A DNA stretch of 64,000 nucleotides from Vicugna vicugna. Taxonomy: Eukaryota. Shown here piece after piece: positions 51,525 to 64,000 of this stretch. The notes beneath the pieces were generated by a model. It saw only the letters and a program-made list of their open reading frames with translations, did not search any database and was not told the DNA's origin. Location of the stretch: positions 1,675,690 to 1,739,689 of the forward strand of contig MU058384.1 of NCBI GenBank assembly GCA_013265495.1. Direction: 5' to 3'. How positions within the stretch are numbered: position 1 is the stretch's first letter; every line of letters begins with the position of its first letter. The position numbers were made by a program, and so were the translations under genes.

Positions 51525-52194
51525 ATATATTCTTGCAATTTCTGAATTGATATTGATAATAAACTTCGCATTGATAATAAACGTCTAGCCCTAGAAGAAA
51601 ACTTAATCATATTTTTCTTAGTTTTACATACTCTTTTCATAGATAAAAACACTTCTCTGGTTTTCCAGTGGCCTCACATAGGTTGGTGGCAAGCTGGACC
51701 AGAGCCCCACCTCCTCACTCTCCATCCAGGCTCTTGTGAATCAACCACCCTGCACCCAACAGAATACAGGTTTAACTAGTTAGCCAACAAGCCATAGGAA
51801 AACTATCTGAGGATGAACTATTAAAAGTATATATGATCATTATTATAACTTTACTAATGGTGAATATTTATTCTGCCACAAGTGATAAAATAATCTTTCA
51901 ACAAAAATAAAGAATTTTGCAAAACGAAGATTTAAGAGCTAACCAATGTTATGCTGATTAGGAAAAAAATATAATGATTACTGAATAAAACAGTCCTAGG
52001 GCCAATTCGCATAGAAGAATACAAAGTTCTATCTTGAGAAATAAAAACAAAACCAAAAATTGCTATTCCAGAAGAACACATTTCAAGTCTTACCCCATTC
52101 TATTGGTTGCACCAAGTCTCACAGTCATAAAGTAGGATTAATATTTTCTTTAAGGAAGTTTACCAGCAGGGCATATTCAAGAACATGACCATCC

Positions 52195-52450
52195 GTAGAA
52201 GGGAACACAGCTCTTGGATTAGGATGCCTGGATCCAGTTCCAGGCTCTGTCATTTCCTAGATGTATACCTGAGGCAACCTGCTTAATCTCTCTCAGTCCC
52301 TCAATTTCCTCATACCAAAAAAAAGGGTATAATAATAACATCACCTTAAAGGATTGTTGTCTGGATTAAAAAGTTAGCATATATGGTTCTTGGAACTGCC
52401 TGGGTACAGTAAGTAGTCACTAAATATTGGGTCACTATTATTGTTGTTAT
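52195..52450 (+). mobile_element. MIR SINE
   Basis: tgcctggatccagttccaggctctgtca...cttaatctctc...cctcaatttcctcat...ggattgttgtctggattaaa. Confidence 0.8.
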
Positions 52451-52819
52451 TATGATCAGTTCTGGGTTAGTAGATCATCAACAAGTATCCATGCAAGGTG
52501 AACACTTCAGAAGACACTGAGATGTTGCAAAGGGATATGATTCCTTAAGAAAATATGATGCAGTAGGAGAAGGATAAACACAAATACAGGTGATAAAAAG
52601 AAAAATATAAATGGATAATAAAATCTCACTAGGTTAAGTGAGATAATATAGACAAATGTTACAAATGCTAATTATTATTATTATTACTGTATCACTATCC
52701 ACTTAAAATTAATAAATTAGTAAATTATGCCCACGTTGACAATTTCACTCTTGACACAATAGTTTCTTAAACAGGTGGCTACAAAATTCTTTAGAAAGTC
52801 TCATTCAAAGAATTTTTTT

Positions 52820-53700
52820 AAAAGCAACTCAACATAAAAAGGAGCATCTATCTCAAAACAGGAGGTAATATGTCTATGAAACACTGGACATAATTTCTTT
52901 AAAATAGAGACATCAGTATTGTTATCTTCTTCTTAATATTCTACTCAAAGTAATAAGACATGAAATGGAAATAAGAGATACAGCTATTACCATTTGCCAA
53001 CAGTACTGTGATGGGCTAAAAATGTCCCAGGAATAAACTGAAAATTAATATAACTAGTAAGAAAATTTACTATATAGTTGAAGAAAAAGTAAATACAAAA
53101 AATCAGCAACTTTCTTAAATAATACCATTGATAACAGTAAATGTAAGGATAAAAAGATTCTTTCCACAATTGCAATTAAAAAAAGTTAAACACCTAGAAA
53201 TAACTTAGGAAAGAGCAGGACTTCTGCACACCCTTCCCCCGAAGGAAAAAACAATCCTGAGACAATTTACCTGGAGACAAAAGAAAACTTGAATAAAGGT
53301 TATATACCATATTCTTAGATGAGACACTGAACATTATAAAAATACTTACTTTTATGGATTGATTATAATTTACAGTCAACTGTAATAAAAATATCAGTGA
53401 AATTTCCTCAAAGTTGGCAAGGTGATTAAAATATCCTGTGGAAGGATGGCTGAAGGATAAGGTCCAACTTCATCTGGATTTAAGAATATAAGAAAATACA
53501 TCCAAGCTTATGGAATGAGGGTCAGGCACATACAAACACATGAGAAAAGTATGGAAGGAAATTATCTTAAAAATGTTATCTCTGGGTGATGGGATTGTGG
53601 GTGGATTTCACTTTCTTGTTGTCCCTCTGTATTTGCCAAAATCCTTATAATAACTACTTATTGATTTTACAGTCAGAGGAAATGCGTATTTTTAAGAGGA
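52820..53700 (+). mobile_element. L1M ORF2 (RT region) remnant and L1ME 3' end
   Basis: aatacaaaaaatcagc, cacctagaaataacttag, tataccatattc landmarks; gttatctctgggtgatgggattg. Confidence 0.65.
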
Positions 53701-55131
53701 AAGAGAAAACAAAAAATAAAGAAATAGCTTGGGCTTTGGAAGCAAAGATGAACTCCAACAGATATAATAATTTTGCCACACTCAATGAAAACAAAATTGA
53801 TACACTGAGAAGCCACTTACAAAGACTGCAAGCATATACTTATTATTAAATCCTGTAAGGCTGGGCAACCACACAGGTATAATTTACAAATTTGTTAATT
53901 ATTAACCAAAAAAACACATTTAATGCCATATACCTAGATTTGGCATTCAAGAAGAAAAGGGACTACAGATGAAGAAAACCTAGAAATTTTCTGCAAATGA
54001 AGATGCCTTTTGAGGAGAAGATTGTATGTGGATAGTTGAGGCAGAAGATTACTTGGGCAGAGAAATGAGATGTGATGTGGTTACCAAGGAGGACAAGCAG
54101 ATTTTGTGGATTCTGCCTGGCCCTGAATCAAGATTTCCAAGGTTACTTACTCAATTTGGTTCTACTCTACAGGGATTGAAAGTTCTTGTGAACTCAGCGC
54201 ACTGTTAGATGCTGTGATAATCACAAAAGCAGTGTAAAACATGGCCCTTCATCTCCAGGACTTTTCAATCTGGTTGTGGAGGCAAGATGACACATGAACA
54301 AGTTGAAAACAAGACAAAAGAATAAATACATAAGTGTCCATATGAGAGATTTGGAGAACTGGTGCAATAGAAGGCCACTGAAGGATAAAATGTAGGGGCC
54401 AGAGTAGAAAGGAGAATGTTCATGCCCCAGAAAACATGTTGTGACTTGTAAGTTTATCCTTGCATCCTCCATCCCCTCTTTGATGTTGCATGAGAATCCC
54501 AAGTCCTACAGGCCAGCCAGCCTCAGACTGTAAGTCAGTCCTCAGACATTTCACCCACCTCATAAATAACTGCTTTTTTTCAAATCACATTTTTTTAACC
54601 ATATCAAGGCTTAATCATACCACTTTTCTCTGACAAAACCCTTAGGTTTTCTAAATTCATGAAGCTGATATGTCAAGATGTTTTCCACTAAAGTCAATTT
54701 ATCCAAGCTGTGATAATGTAAGAGACTTTAGTGAAACCTTGTTTTAAACTCCTTTGGATCAGATACAAAAAAACTGGTTTGGGCAGTGATCCAGCAGGAG
54801 AGCATGCCTTTCACATAGACTACTCTGGAGATCCACTTCAACATCAGATTGCATCAAAAATTTCAAAGGGAATTGGGTTATTCGGTTTTCTTTGATTGGA
54901 ATTCAGAGGCAAATGGAATTCAGGGTTAGATCAGAAGAGATAACACCTTTGTTTGCGAAGGAATACCAAGGCCTTAAAGTGATCCGAGATCACTCCAGTG
55001 GAGAGGGGTTCAAATTACAGAAGGAAGTTAACCTAACACACATAATTGCCTTGGCTCCCGCAGGTAAACATGACACAGGGCAATCACAATAGATTGACTT
55101 AATAAAATCACAATACAACCCATCATAGCAA

Positions 55132-55132
55132 G

Positions 55133-55163
<31 letters not shown>
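55132..55163 (+). repeat. (TTA)n microsatellite
   Basis: Directly visible. Confidence 0.9.
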
Positions 55164-55980
55164 AACATATGGGAACGAGATCTATGGAAACTGGTGCACT
55201 CTTTTACAGGGAATTAATTCAATCATCCAGGATATTTCTAGCACATGGTGAAATTTAACTTGGGGTTGGAATGTAAGCATTCACTGGATAAAGACACTTG
55301 GTCTCACGTTCTGTCCTTGCATCAGGTGGTAACACTGAACATAAAACACACTCAAAGTACACTTCAGCTTCTATGGCAGAATTTCTTTGACACCTGTTAA
55401 ATTTTAAAGAGTTCTGTGAAAAGCATTTTCTTAACTATTCAACTGGCTCTTGATTCATTTATGTGCAAAGAAATGCTCTGAAAGCTTAAAATTGAAAGTA
55501 CTCTGCCTACCAACATTTTTCCTCTTGGTGTTCATTCTCACTCTCCCTTGATATGGGCTTACTCGTAAATGGACAGCCCATTTGAAATGCTCACGGGCCA
55601 GAATCATGCAGATCTAATACTGTTGTCCTGAACTTGATGTCAGTTATTTTGACGAGCAAACATGATTGGAGCACAGCGTGCTTTTGTGATAAATTCCATC
55701 CAAAATCCAATGGTAATATAAGCCCCTATTCTAAATAGATGAAGCCAAATTTTAATGCTATCTTTATAGGATTTAAATAACCATATCTCCATCAGCTCTG
55801 TTATTTCAGCCTCCTTCACCATTGATGTGAATTGCTGAATGGACAACTATATTATGTTGATGAAACCCAAAGATTCAAGTCAACTGTGCTCCAGAAAATT
55901 TGATGGCCACAGAAAGATACTTATATCCATACCCAACTACATACAGTTTTCCCCAGTGGGTCACATTCTTCACTCTTCAG

Positions 55981-56039
55981 TGTCATTGTAATTCCTGAAC
56001 ATTGTAATTCCTGAACATGTCATTGTCCATTCCTGAACA
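55981..56039 (+). repeat. Three-copy tandem repeat, unit about 16-22 bp (cattgtaattcctgaa)
   Basis: tgtcattgtaattcctgaaca ttgtaattcctgaaca tgtcattgtccattcctgaaca. Confidence 0.85.
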
Positions 56040-56169
56040 GTCTTTCTCCTCCTCACCTGGCTAATCCCTTCAGGAATCGCAGCCTCCAGAATGTTTTTTC
56101 TGATTATGAGGTACAGAGATCAAGCTCCCTGACACTTTCCTTACCACGGTGCTCCTTCAGCAAACATTC

Positions 56170-56395
56170 CCAAGGAATCAGGCAACTTGGATTTAAGTCC
56201 TGGCTTTGTTAATTTGAACATTTGCTAATTGTGTGGCCCTGTGCAAGCTCTCCCAATTTTAGTTTCCTACCATGTAAAGTTGGAGTAAAGACAGTGCCTG
56301 CCTCATTGGACTGATGTGAGAATTAAAAGAAGGATGCTTATAAAAATAGGAGAGAGGAGCCTGGCACAGAGCCACATTCGACACTGATTAGCTCA
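56170..56395 (+). mobile_element. MIR SINE
   Basis: ggatttaagtcctggcttt...agtttcctaccatgtaaag...gtgagaattaaa...cctggcacag. Confidence 0.7.
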
Positions 56396-57039
56396 TGCCT
56401 GTTCAGCCAGATCCACTGTTTTTTCATTAGTACTTTGAAGCTATTTATTTAAGCTAGGGATTTCTTGTTGAAATTTTGCATGTTATGTTACATATTACTA
56501 ATACATTTTTCCAAAATCCATATAATCTAAATGTGTAATCAAAATTCATTTGTTAAACTGTTGAAAACGATTTTATAATGAATGAGGCAAAATTATTATT
56601 CAGGACAAACCCATCTCCAATTGTATTAAGAAAATGAGTGAGACAAGACTGTGTGGCTTTGGGGGCATAGAGAGCAGATTTTTCCCCCCAGGAATACATC
56701 AATTCTATAATCTAAGTTTCTTGGGTCGGGCTATAAATAACTAAATAGCCTTCATGAACAGAAAGAATGAGATCATTATTTCTAGATATTCAAATCTATT
56801 TAGTAGGAAAAAATATAACGGTAAACATGGTAAACTATGACCAATTGTTGTTGAGAAGATTTTTTTTAATTATGGACCTGAAAATGGTATTTCTCCTTCT
56901 CTTTCTATTGTTTTGATTTTTCTCACAGCCTGTTAGTTCTTTTTGTTTTTAAGATATCAAGCAAGAAATAATGATAAAAGAAAATTCAAAATCTTCTTGC
57001 TTATGAGAGCTTTAGGATCCAAGAATCTAAATGTTCTTT

Positions 57040-58320
57040 CTGAAATGGCAAAGTATTGAGTAAGAAAATTTTGAAAAGCAAACAAACAAAAACACAAACA
57101 AATCCTAGTGAGATTATTAAATTCCAAGGACAAAGAGAAAATCGAAAACTCTTCCAGCAAATTTAAAAGAAAAAAGTTACCTAAAGAACAAAAATCAGTT
57201 CTTTTTTATATTAATGATGGAGTACTAAAAGATAATAGGGAGATGCTTTCAAAAGGCTAAGAAAAAATTATCTTGATCCTAGAATTTTATAACCAGATAA
57301 AATATCAATCCAGTATGAGGGAAAAAGTAAAGATATTGCTATACATGTAATAAGATATAAATCTTACCATCTAGGCATCTCTTTCAGGAAAAACTACAAA
57401 AAGGGAATTTAATACAAAGGAAGAATTTTCAAGAAGTATAACATGTTACAAGAAGATGAGAAGAATACACTAGCACTTATAGTTAAGTCTAAATTATTTT
57501 CGATAAAGTGGCTGTGAAGTTCAATGTAGTTATTAGGAAATGTTAAAAGAAACAGAGGAATAGCATTTTAAAAAATCAGAAAGTCTAGAAAATTCCAAAT
57601 GATTTAATTAAAATAAACAGAGTAGGGGAGGAAAGAGAAAGTAAAAGCATGCTAACAGTCTTGTCATTTTCAGGGGGAAGAAGAAGTTATAGATTCAGAT
57701 TATTTCTCATTTTTAGTTGAAATGTATAGATTTAACTATGTTTGTTAAAACTGTAAGGATAGGTAGCCCAGATTTAATGTGAGTTTCCCCCAAAGAATGT
57801 GAATATGGGAGGTGTGGTTCTCTGAAAGCCATTGTTGGAGATTGTACACCACAAGGAGAATTTATCAAAATAATAATATGTGCTCCCTGACTCAGCAACT
57901 CTGTTTCTAGGGACTTAGCTACAGAATTCTTGCACGTGGGCAAAAAGATATGTATGTATTTAGCATGGGGGAATCCAATCCACACATTCTTCTAAGGGGA
58001 ATTGGTTTATAAGATACATACTCCTTAGCATGGATTACTATGTTGCCATTAAAAAGACTGAAGTAAATTTATTAACACAGACATGAAAAGATATATTATT
58101 ACACGAAAAATGTGCTGAAGATGATATGTATGATGTGATCTCAGTTTACGAAACTTGAAAACTCAATGTGTGTGTATTTTTGCACATTTAAGTTTATTAT
58201 GCACAGAAAGTGTTGCGAGCAAAAGTAGAGGAGTAGAATTGGAAATACAAGGCGAAGAAGGATATTTACATTTCACTACACATAACTTTATATTCTGGAT
58301 ATTTTCTACAATAAACATGT
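57040..58320 (+). mobile_element. L1 ORF1-like remnant (HAL1/L1M) followed by L1ME 3' UTR
   Basis: tcctagtgagattattaaattccaaggacaaagagaaaatc and cctagaattttataaccagataaaatatc are L1 ORF1 landmarks; tgactcagcaactctgtttctagg later. Confidence 0.6.
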
Positions 58321-58324
58321 ACTA

Positions 58325-58817
58325 CAAGCATACCTTGAAAATAATGCAAGCTTGGTTCCAGACCACTGCAATGTAGCAAATATCTCAGTAAAGCAAGTCA
58401 AACAAACTTTTTGGTTTCCCAGTGCGTAAAAAAGTTATGTTTACACTCTACTGTAGTTTATTAAGTGTCCAATACCATTATGTCTAAGAAAAGTACATAA
58501 CTTAACTAAAAGTTACTTTCTTGCTAAAAAATGCTAACCATCATCTAAAAAATGCTAACCAGCAAGTCATAGGAGTAACATCAAAGATCACTGATCACAG
58601 ATCACATAATAAATATAATAATAATAATAATAAAAGTTTAAAATATTGCGAGAATTACCAAACTGTGATACAGAGACACAAAGCGAGCAAAAAATAGTGC
58701 TGATTATTTAATAGTGCTTGATGCAGGGCTGCCACAACACTTCAATTTGTAAAAAAAAAAAAATGCAATATCTGTGAAGGGCAATAAAGAGATGTGCAAT
58801 AAAACAAGGTCTGCATG
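58325..58817 (-). mobile_element. Tigger1 internal-deletion derivative (Tigger1a-like)
   Basis: Flanking TA on both sides; TIRs caagcataccttg...caaggtctgcatg; agtaacatcaaagatcactgatcacagatcac matches Tigger1. Confidence 0.9.
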
Positions 58818-59659
58818 TACTTCTGTAATTTTATAAAGAAACAAAACAAGAAAAGTGAATATATACACTGTACTTTACTGATGCAAAGTATTGTATTTTA
58901 CAGTATAAAAATTACAAAACCAAGTTGTTTGGAGAGAGTGGAAAGATGGTGAGTTTATGTACCATCATCAGCATGCAGTAAGATCCAGCTATTGGAGGGA
59001 GGGAGGGAGAGAGGGAGGAAAGAAGGAGGGACGGAAGGAAAGGGGGGTGGCTAACAGAGCTAGCAAGTACCTGAGAAGAGCAGATACTGCCTCAATCAAA
59101 GAAAATGGCCTCTTTCAAACCCTGATGCGACTTAAATCTGTCATAGGCTTATACTCTGTGAAATATGGTCTTTATCTCTGAATAGATTAAGGGTCTCTTC
59201 AACTGAACCTTCCATCTGGACATAACAGCTAAAAACTGCTAAAGGGAGAGGGAAGCAGATACAGGCTGTCAGGGCGGCAATTATTTTACCTTTGGGAACT
59301 GAAACTATTTTTACTCAAGAAGAAAGTTTGCAGAGACAGCATTTTCACATTTGGCTTCACAATGCTCTACACACAAAAATGATTGGCTATGGAAAACATA
59401 GAACAAAGTGGTTGCATACCAATTGTCCTAGAAAAAAACAACGCAAAGGCAACAATAGCCAATCTGTTCATCGGTCTCTCTTTCTCTCCACATTTATTGA
59501 ACTTCTACTTTGTGACTAGATATAAGGGATAAAGAGTTGGAAAGAACATCACTGGAGACCTCAAGGAGCTGACAGAGAGTGAAAGTCAGCCTAGACAGTT
59601 AATTACAGAATGATCTGGGAAGTTCTATAACAGAGGTAAACACAAGTGCAGCCCGACTC

Positions 59660-60200
59660 CGCCACGCTGGAGGCTGTGACATTTTGAGCAAGTTGCTTAA
59701 TTTATTTGTGCCTCCGTCTCCTCTTTCATAAAACAGATAATGACAGTACAACTTCGCAACAGTGTTCTGGGGACTAAATGAGGATGATACACAGAAATCC
59801 ATGCATGAAGCAAGCAGCCAACCCAAGTTAGCTACTGTTACTCAGGGAGCCAGGATAAGGACTCGGGACTCAGACTGCCTGGGTCTGAAACCCTACTGTG
59901 GGGACCTGCAAGTTATTACATTGAGTCTGTTTCTCATCCAAAATCAGTGGATAAGGGTACCTGCATCAGAAGCTTCTTTTGCAGGGCGAGGTAATTAGAC
60001 TGATTGATTGTTTTTTAGAGGAGGTACTGGGGATTGAACCCAGGACCTTGTGCATGCTAAGCATGCGGCTCTACCACTTGAGCTACACACACCCCCCCCC
60101 CATCAGAGGCTTCTGCACAGATTGAATGAAATCAACCATGAGAAGAACTTAGATCAGAGACTGGCCCCTAAGAATTCAATTAATGTTAGTCATTATCACT
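59660..60200 (+). mobile_element. Two tandem MIRs, the second interrupted by a SINE
   Basis: gagcaagttgcttaatttatttgtgcctc; cagactgcctgggtctgaa...gattgaatgaaatcaac. Confidence 0.7.
59978..60100 (-). mobile_element. tRNA-Ala(AGC)-derived camelid SINE (Vic-1 type)
   Basis: Minus strand GTAGCTCAAGTGGTAGAG...GCTTAGCATGCACAAGGTCCTGGGTTCAATCCCCAGTACCTCC...ctaattacctc; A and B boxes intact; 14-bp TSD catcagaRgcttct (59964-59977, 60101-60114). Confidence 0.92.
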
Positions 60201-60469
60201 ATCAAAACGCTTCAGAAGAAAAAAGGAAATGACAACAAACCCTTCCTCAGGGTAACAGAGGATGTTCTGAAGAGGAGGTGGCAGCAGGGGGCTGGTCTTG
60301 AATAATTAGCAGGAGTGCTCAAGCAGGGAAGGTGAAGGCGGGACATGGCAGGCCAAGAAAACAGCGTGAGCGAAGGCATAGAGAATTTAATAATGGCAAT
60401 AATGAGAATAACCCTCATCATCATCCAGCACATTCAGAGAAAATGAGCGAAGATGTCTTATAGGCTCTA

Positions 60470-60935
60470 GAAAACATGAGCTGGAGTTCAGCTGAGACAC
60501 GATAAGCCAGAGAACTTCTTTAAGGCACATGCGATTATTGAGACCAATAGAGCAGAGAGAGGGTGTGCAGTGTAAGCCAGCCATAAATAGATCCCCTAGA
60601 AAAACAACATCAAAAGGGAGGAGGAACCAGCAAAGGAGGCCAAAGGAGAAAGCTTAGAGAGGCAAGAGCTGATGAAATAAAAGAGCCTGAGAAGAGAAAG
60701 AGTTTCAATAAGGAGTGGCTGGTCAACTGTATCAAATGTTGCATAAATGTCAAGGAGGGTGACAAGGAAAAGTGGGGCCATTGAACTGGCTGATTGGGAG
60801 GATGCTGGTGAGAGAGCATTTTTAATTGCACGGTGTTGGTGGAAGCCAGACTGATGGGTTGAGGAATTAATGAGATGTGAAGACACTAAGCACTGACTAC
60901 GGAGAGACCTCTTTCAAGGAGTCTAGTATTTAACA
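60470..60935 (-). mobile_element. L2 fragment
   Basis: agagtttcaataaggagtggctggtcaactgtatcaaatgttgc...gaagccagactg. Confidence 0.75.
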
Positions 60936-61624
60936 GTGAGAGAAACCAGTCTCATAGAAGATGTTAACCTTTCAAAGCCCAAATAAGCAACTTAACTCTT
61001 GGTAAAACGGGTAAACTTCCCAAGACAGCTGGAAAACTACAGGGAGAAAATAAAAGAAAAAAGAATTCAATACTTTGCTTAAATGGGATTAGGGGATTAG
61101 AGTAAAGGTGGGGGTGGGACAGAAAGCTGAAAAACAGACAATTTTACATGACTAGGAAATTTAGATTCCAAAAAAAGGAAAAAGGGGAGAGTAAGCACAA
61201 TCTTGTGGATCTGCTGAAAGAGCAAGAGGCAAGCTTAAACTGCCACCAAAGACACTAATCAAAACCAAAAAGCACGCCTCTCTACCCGTCAGACTGAGTC
61301 AGGGACATAGGAGTGTTAGAGAACGTGGTCCCAGTTAGGATTCTAACTCCAGTGTGCTAGAGTCCTCAGTTCTGAGTCACGGGCAAATGGCTAAATGTGA
61401 AGGTTCACAACGGCAGTGACAGATTTGTCTCTAGCCAGAATTAGGGTCTCTTTAACCAGAGCCAGATTCCACGTCCTGTCTCAGAATATGCAGCTACCCA
61501 AGACAGTTTGCCAAAAAGTAAACCTTTTTGTCATAAATAAGCAAGCATGAGAAACTTGAGAGAAATATAGGAAAAGATTTCCAGCAATATGAATGATTGG
61601 CTTTTGGAATGAAATAGAATATTG

Positions 61625-61626
<2 letters not shown>

Positions 61627-61662
<36 letters not shown>
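61627..61662 (+). repeat. (GT)18 microsatellite
   Basis: Directly visible perfect repeat. Confidence 0.95.
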
Positions 61663-61666
<4 letters not shown>

Positions 61667-62721
61667 CTGGAATATATAGAAAAATCTGCCTTGAAATGTT
61701 TCAATCAGCTCTTGGATCATAGGCCAAGTGTTTTTAGAAAATGCGATCAGTTGCTTTGTTCTGTGGGTCCCAGTTCCCACACCTGTAGAAGAACAAAGAT
61801 TAGATTAGTTTTCAGTCCCTGCAGCTCTGAATAATATGAAATGTCATGATTCTCTCCTTTGCATTTCCTTCGTTTTCACAGGAATGCGTGTCCCCAGCAC
61901 AATGCCGATGCCCTATGTTCCTAACCATATTGCTAGCCCCAATTTTGTTTTGGCTTCCTCTTTTTGTCTAAAGGGAGTTAGGAAATGTGTTAAAAGATAA
62001 GACAGTTTTAGGACATCCTGGGTGAGTCCAGTTCTTATCCAACCATGAGGCTTTTATGTGGAAAACACCCCTTAACTAGGCTGAGCCCACTGGTTTGAAA
62101 TAAACATTCTGATGAAACATTCTGTAAAGAAGAAGTGGCTCTTACAAGAAGAAATTAATGCCTCCACTCCAATTTGTGAATTCCTTCCCGAAACAATTTC
62201 TAGTTGTTATGTAAACATAACCTAAGTTAGTGGGTCTGTCAAAGATAATTGCTAATATTCTCCTAAACTTGTGACTTGGGGGAGAATAAAAGGAGACGGG
62301 AACTGTTAACAGGGGTCATAGAAGCAATGGGGGAAGGACCAGTTTACATGCAACAACCAAATGTATTTGCTGTAGGCCAGAGACTCCCAGACATTATTTT
62401 TATACCTGGTTTCTGTATCTATTTCTATTCTGGTGACTAAGTGGATGGATGATTTCTCAGAGTCTCTTTGAGTACCTTCTTCTTTGAATCTATGTGTCAG
62501 AATGCCTTCTGCATCTTGAAGTAAATGTGGACAAAACTCATATCTAAGTCAAGATAACATTTAAATTGTGAATACATAATTTTTAGAGATGAGAGCATTT
62601 TATTTTTAGTACATTTTAGTCTATTCTCACCATATTCCATTTTGCTAACTTATTTCATAGAAAAAGAACGAAGGACTGGCTTTCAAAGCAAAGAAGTAGA
62701 AGGTTTTATCTAGGAACTCAC

Positions 62722-62824
62722 GATTTGGCAAATTATATCTGATTTCAGTGTTTATGGAATGGCTGATACATGCATAGACGCCACATGAAACTTGGTGTCT
62801 CAAGCCAGAGGAGCGGGATGAATC
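62722..62824 (-). other. Candidate internal exon (103 nt)
   Basis: ccctttttaacctgcag|GATTC...AAATC|GTGAGT in non-repeat DNA. Confidence 0.3.
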
Positions 62825-64000
62825 CTGCAGGTTAAAAAGGGTCTGGCAGGTTTTGCCACGTTTCTGCTGCCCTTTAAACCACCTGAGATGCTCACCACAA
62901 TCCATGACTGAAGCTCTCTTGGCATCCTATCAGCCAGCAAGCACTCTCTGAAGGAGAGGCTTCCAGGTGGGTCTAAGACGGGACCTTCCTCTGTAGAGCT
63001 GGCTCTTTCCAGACCATGCGGGCTACTCTGTCTTTGACTGCCCTTTCAGAAAAATTTCACAGTTAACAAGCACTGAAAAAAAAACCAAAAATACCAACCT
63101 AGAAGAGGATCATGCTCTAACACTAACCTGCAGAATTTTATACTCTGGCCAACATTCCGGTGTTTGTTTTGGCTCTGACTGGCCAGGATATCGTAAACCA
63201 CCAGCAAAACATCTCAGTGACTCAGTTTACCTCTCTGTGAAACATTTGCCTACTGCTTGGAGTTGCGAAAGAAAATGTCCTCAGAGTGTGACAAACTTCC
63301 ACGTTTGCATAATCTTTTCTCTAGCATTTAAAGTTTGTGGAGCTAATCCAGATGGGGACAGGCAGCAAAATCAGAATTCAAATGAAGCAGGTGGAAGCAA
63401 GTTACTATTATTGCGTTATGGATGAGGCTGCACCAAACTGAGTTATCTCAGCACAGACAGAGCAGCCAGCACCACCTCTGTGAGACGCTCTGGTTTCTGG
63501 TGGGAACTGTTGTCTGTTACTCTTGTTGAATGACTCCTTAACAGAATACACATAGGGGACCAATGTGAGACAAAGCAGGTTTAGGCTTTAATTTTTCGTA
63601 TATTCTAATTGGGGGAAATGGTGTGAACCCAAAAGGGTGTCAGTGAGTGCAAACACAAACCTGGAGCAGGGCCCACTGGGTGTGAATCTCAGGGGCTATT
63701 AATCTACAACCTTCAATTTGTAAATATGCAGGAGACTGAGTCAGTAGGAAAAAAAATAATTTTAAACATCTGTGGTATTCTTTCTGTTCCAAATTAATTA
63801 CATTGCCTGTTTGCTGACGCTGACCAGAATTTTCAATCTTCTGATGCTATGCTAGGAACGTCATTAGTATTTTTCTATGTGTTTATCACTTACATCCCAT
63901 GAAACTTTATCTCTGCCACAGTCTGTCTTTCATAACTTTTTTTAGGTCCTAATTTTGTTATTTGGCTCACCCATCCTAAACTTCTTGCTTTTCCTTTTAT

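Noticed and set aside
1..64000. Naming the host gene
   Set aside because: No exon translates to a protein I recognise, so any symbol would be a guess

Overview
Mammalian nuclear DNA, AT-rich and CpG-poor, with no CpG island evident. It is very probably camelid: two tRNA-Ala-derived Vic-1-type SINEs and a young artiodactyl-type L1 3' end, all with intact target-site duplications (TSDs), are present. Much of the window is degenerate transposon relics: L2, MIR, L1M/HAL1, ERVL LTR16/LTR33/MLT2, MaLR MLT1, hAT MER20/MER5A/MER53, and Tigger1/MER82/MARNA, several of them nested. No recognisable protein-coding gene, rRNA, CRISPR or prokaryotic system is present, and almost all ORFs in the track look like noise or repeat remnants. 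L1 orientation bias and the strongest splice signals suggest the window lies in the long 5' introns of a minus-strand gene that I cannot name. The best lead is a set of candidate minus-strand alternative first exons ending in phase-0 donors (38740-38549, 9323-9312, and more weakly 41472-41467), plus other candidate exons and enhancer-like motif clusters in repeat-free islands. Repeat family names come from recalled consensus sequences, not a search; repeat boundaries are approximate unless a TSD or terminal inverted repeat (TIR) is quoted. I found no convincing novel biological system.
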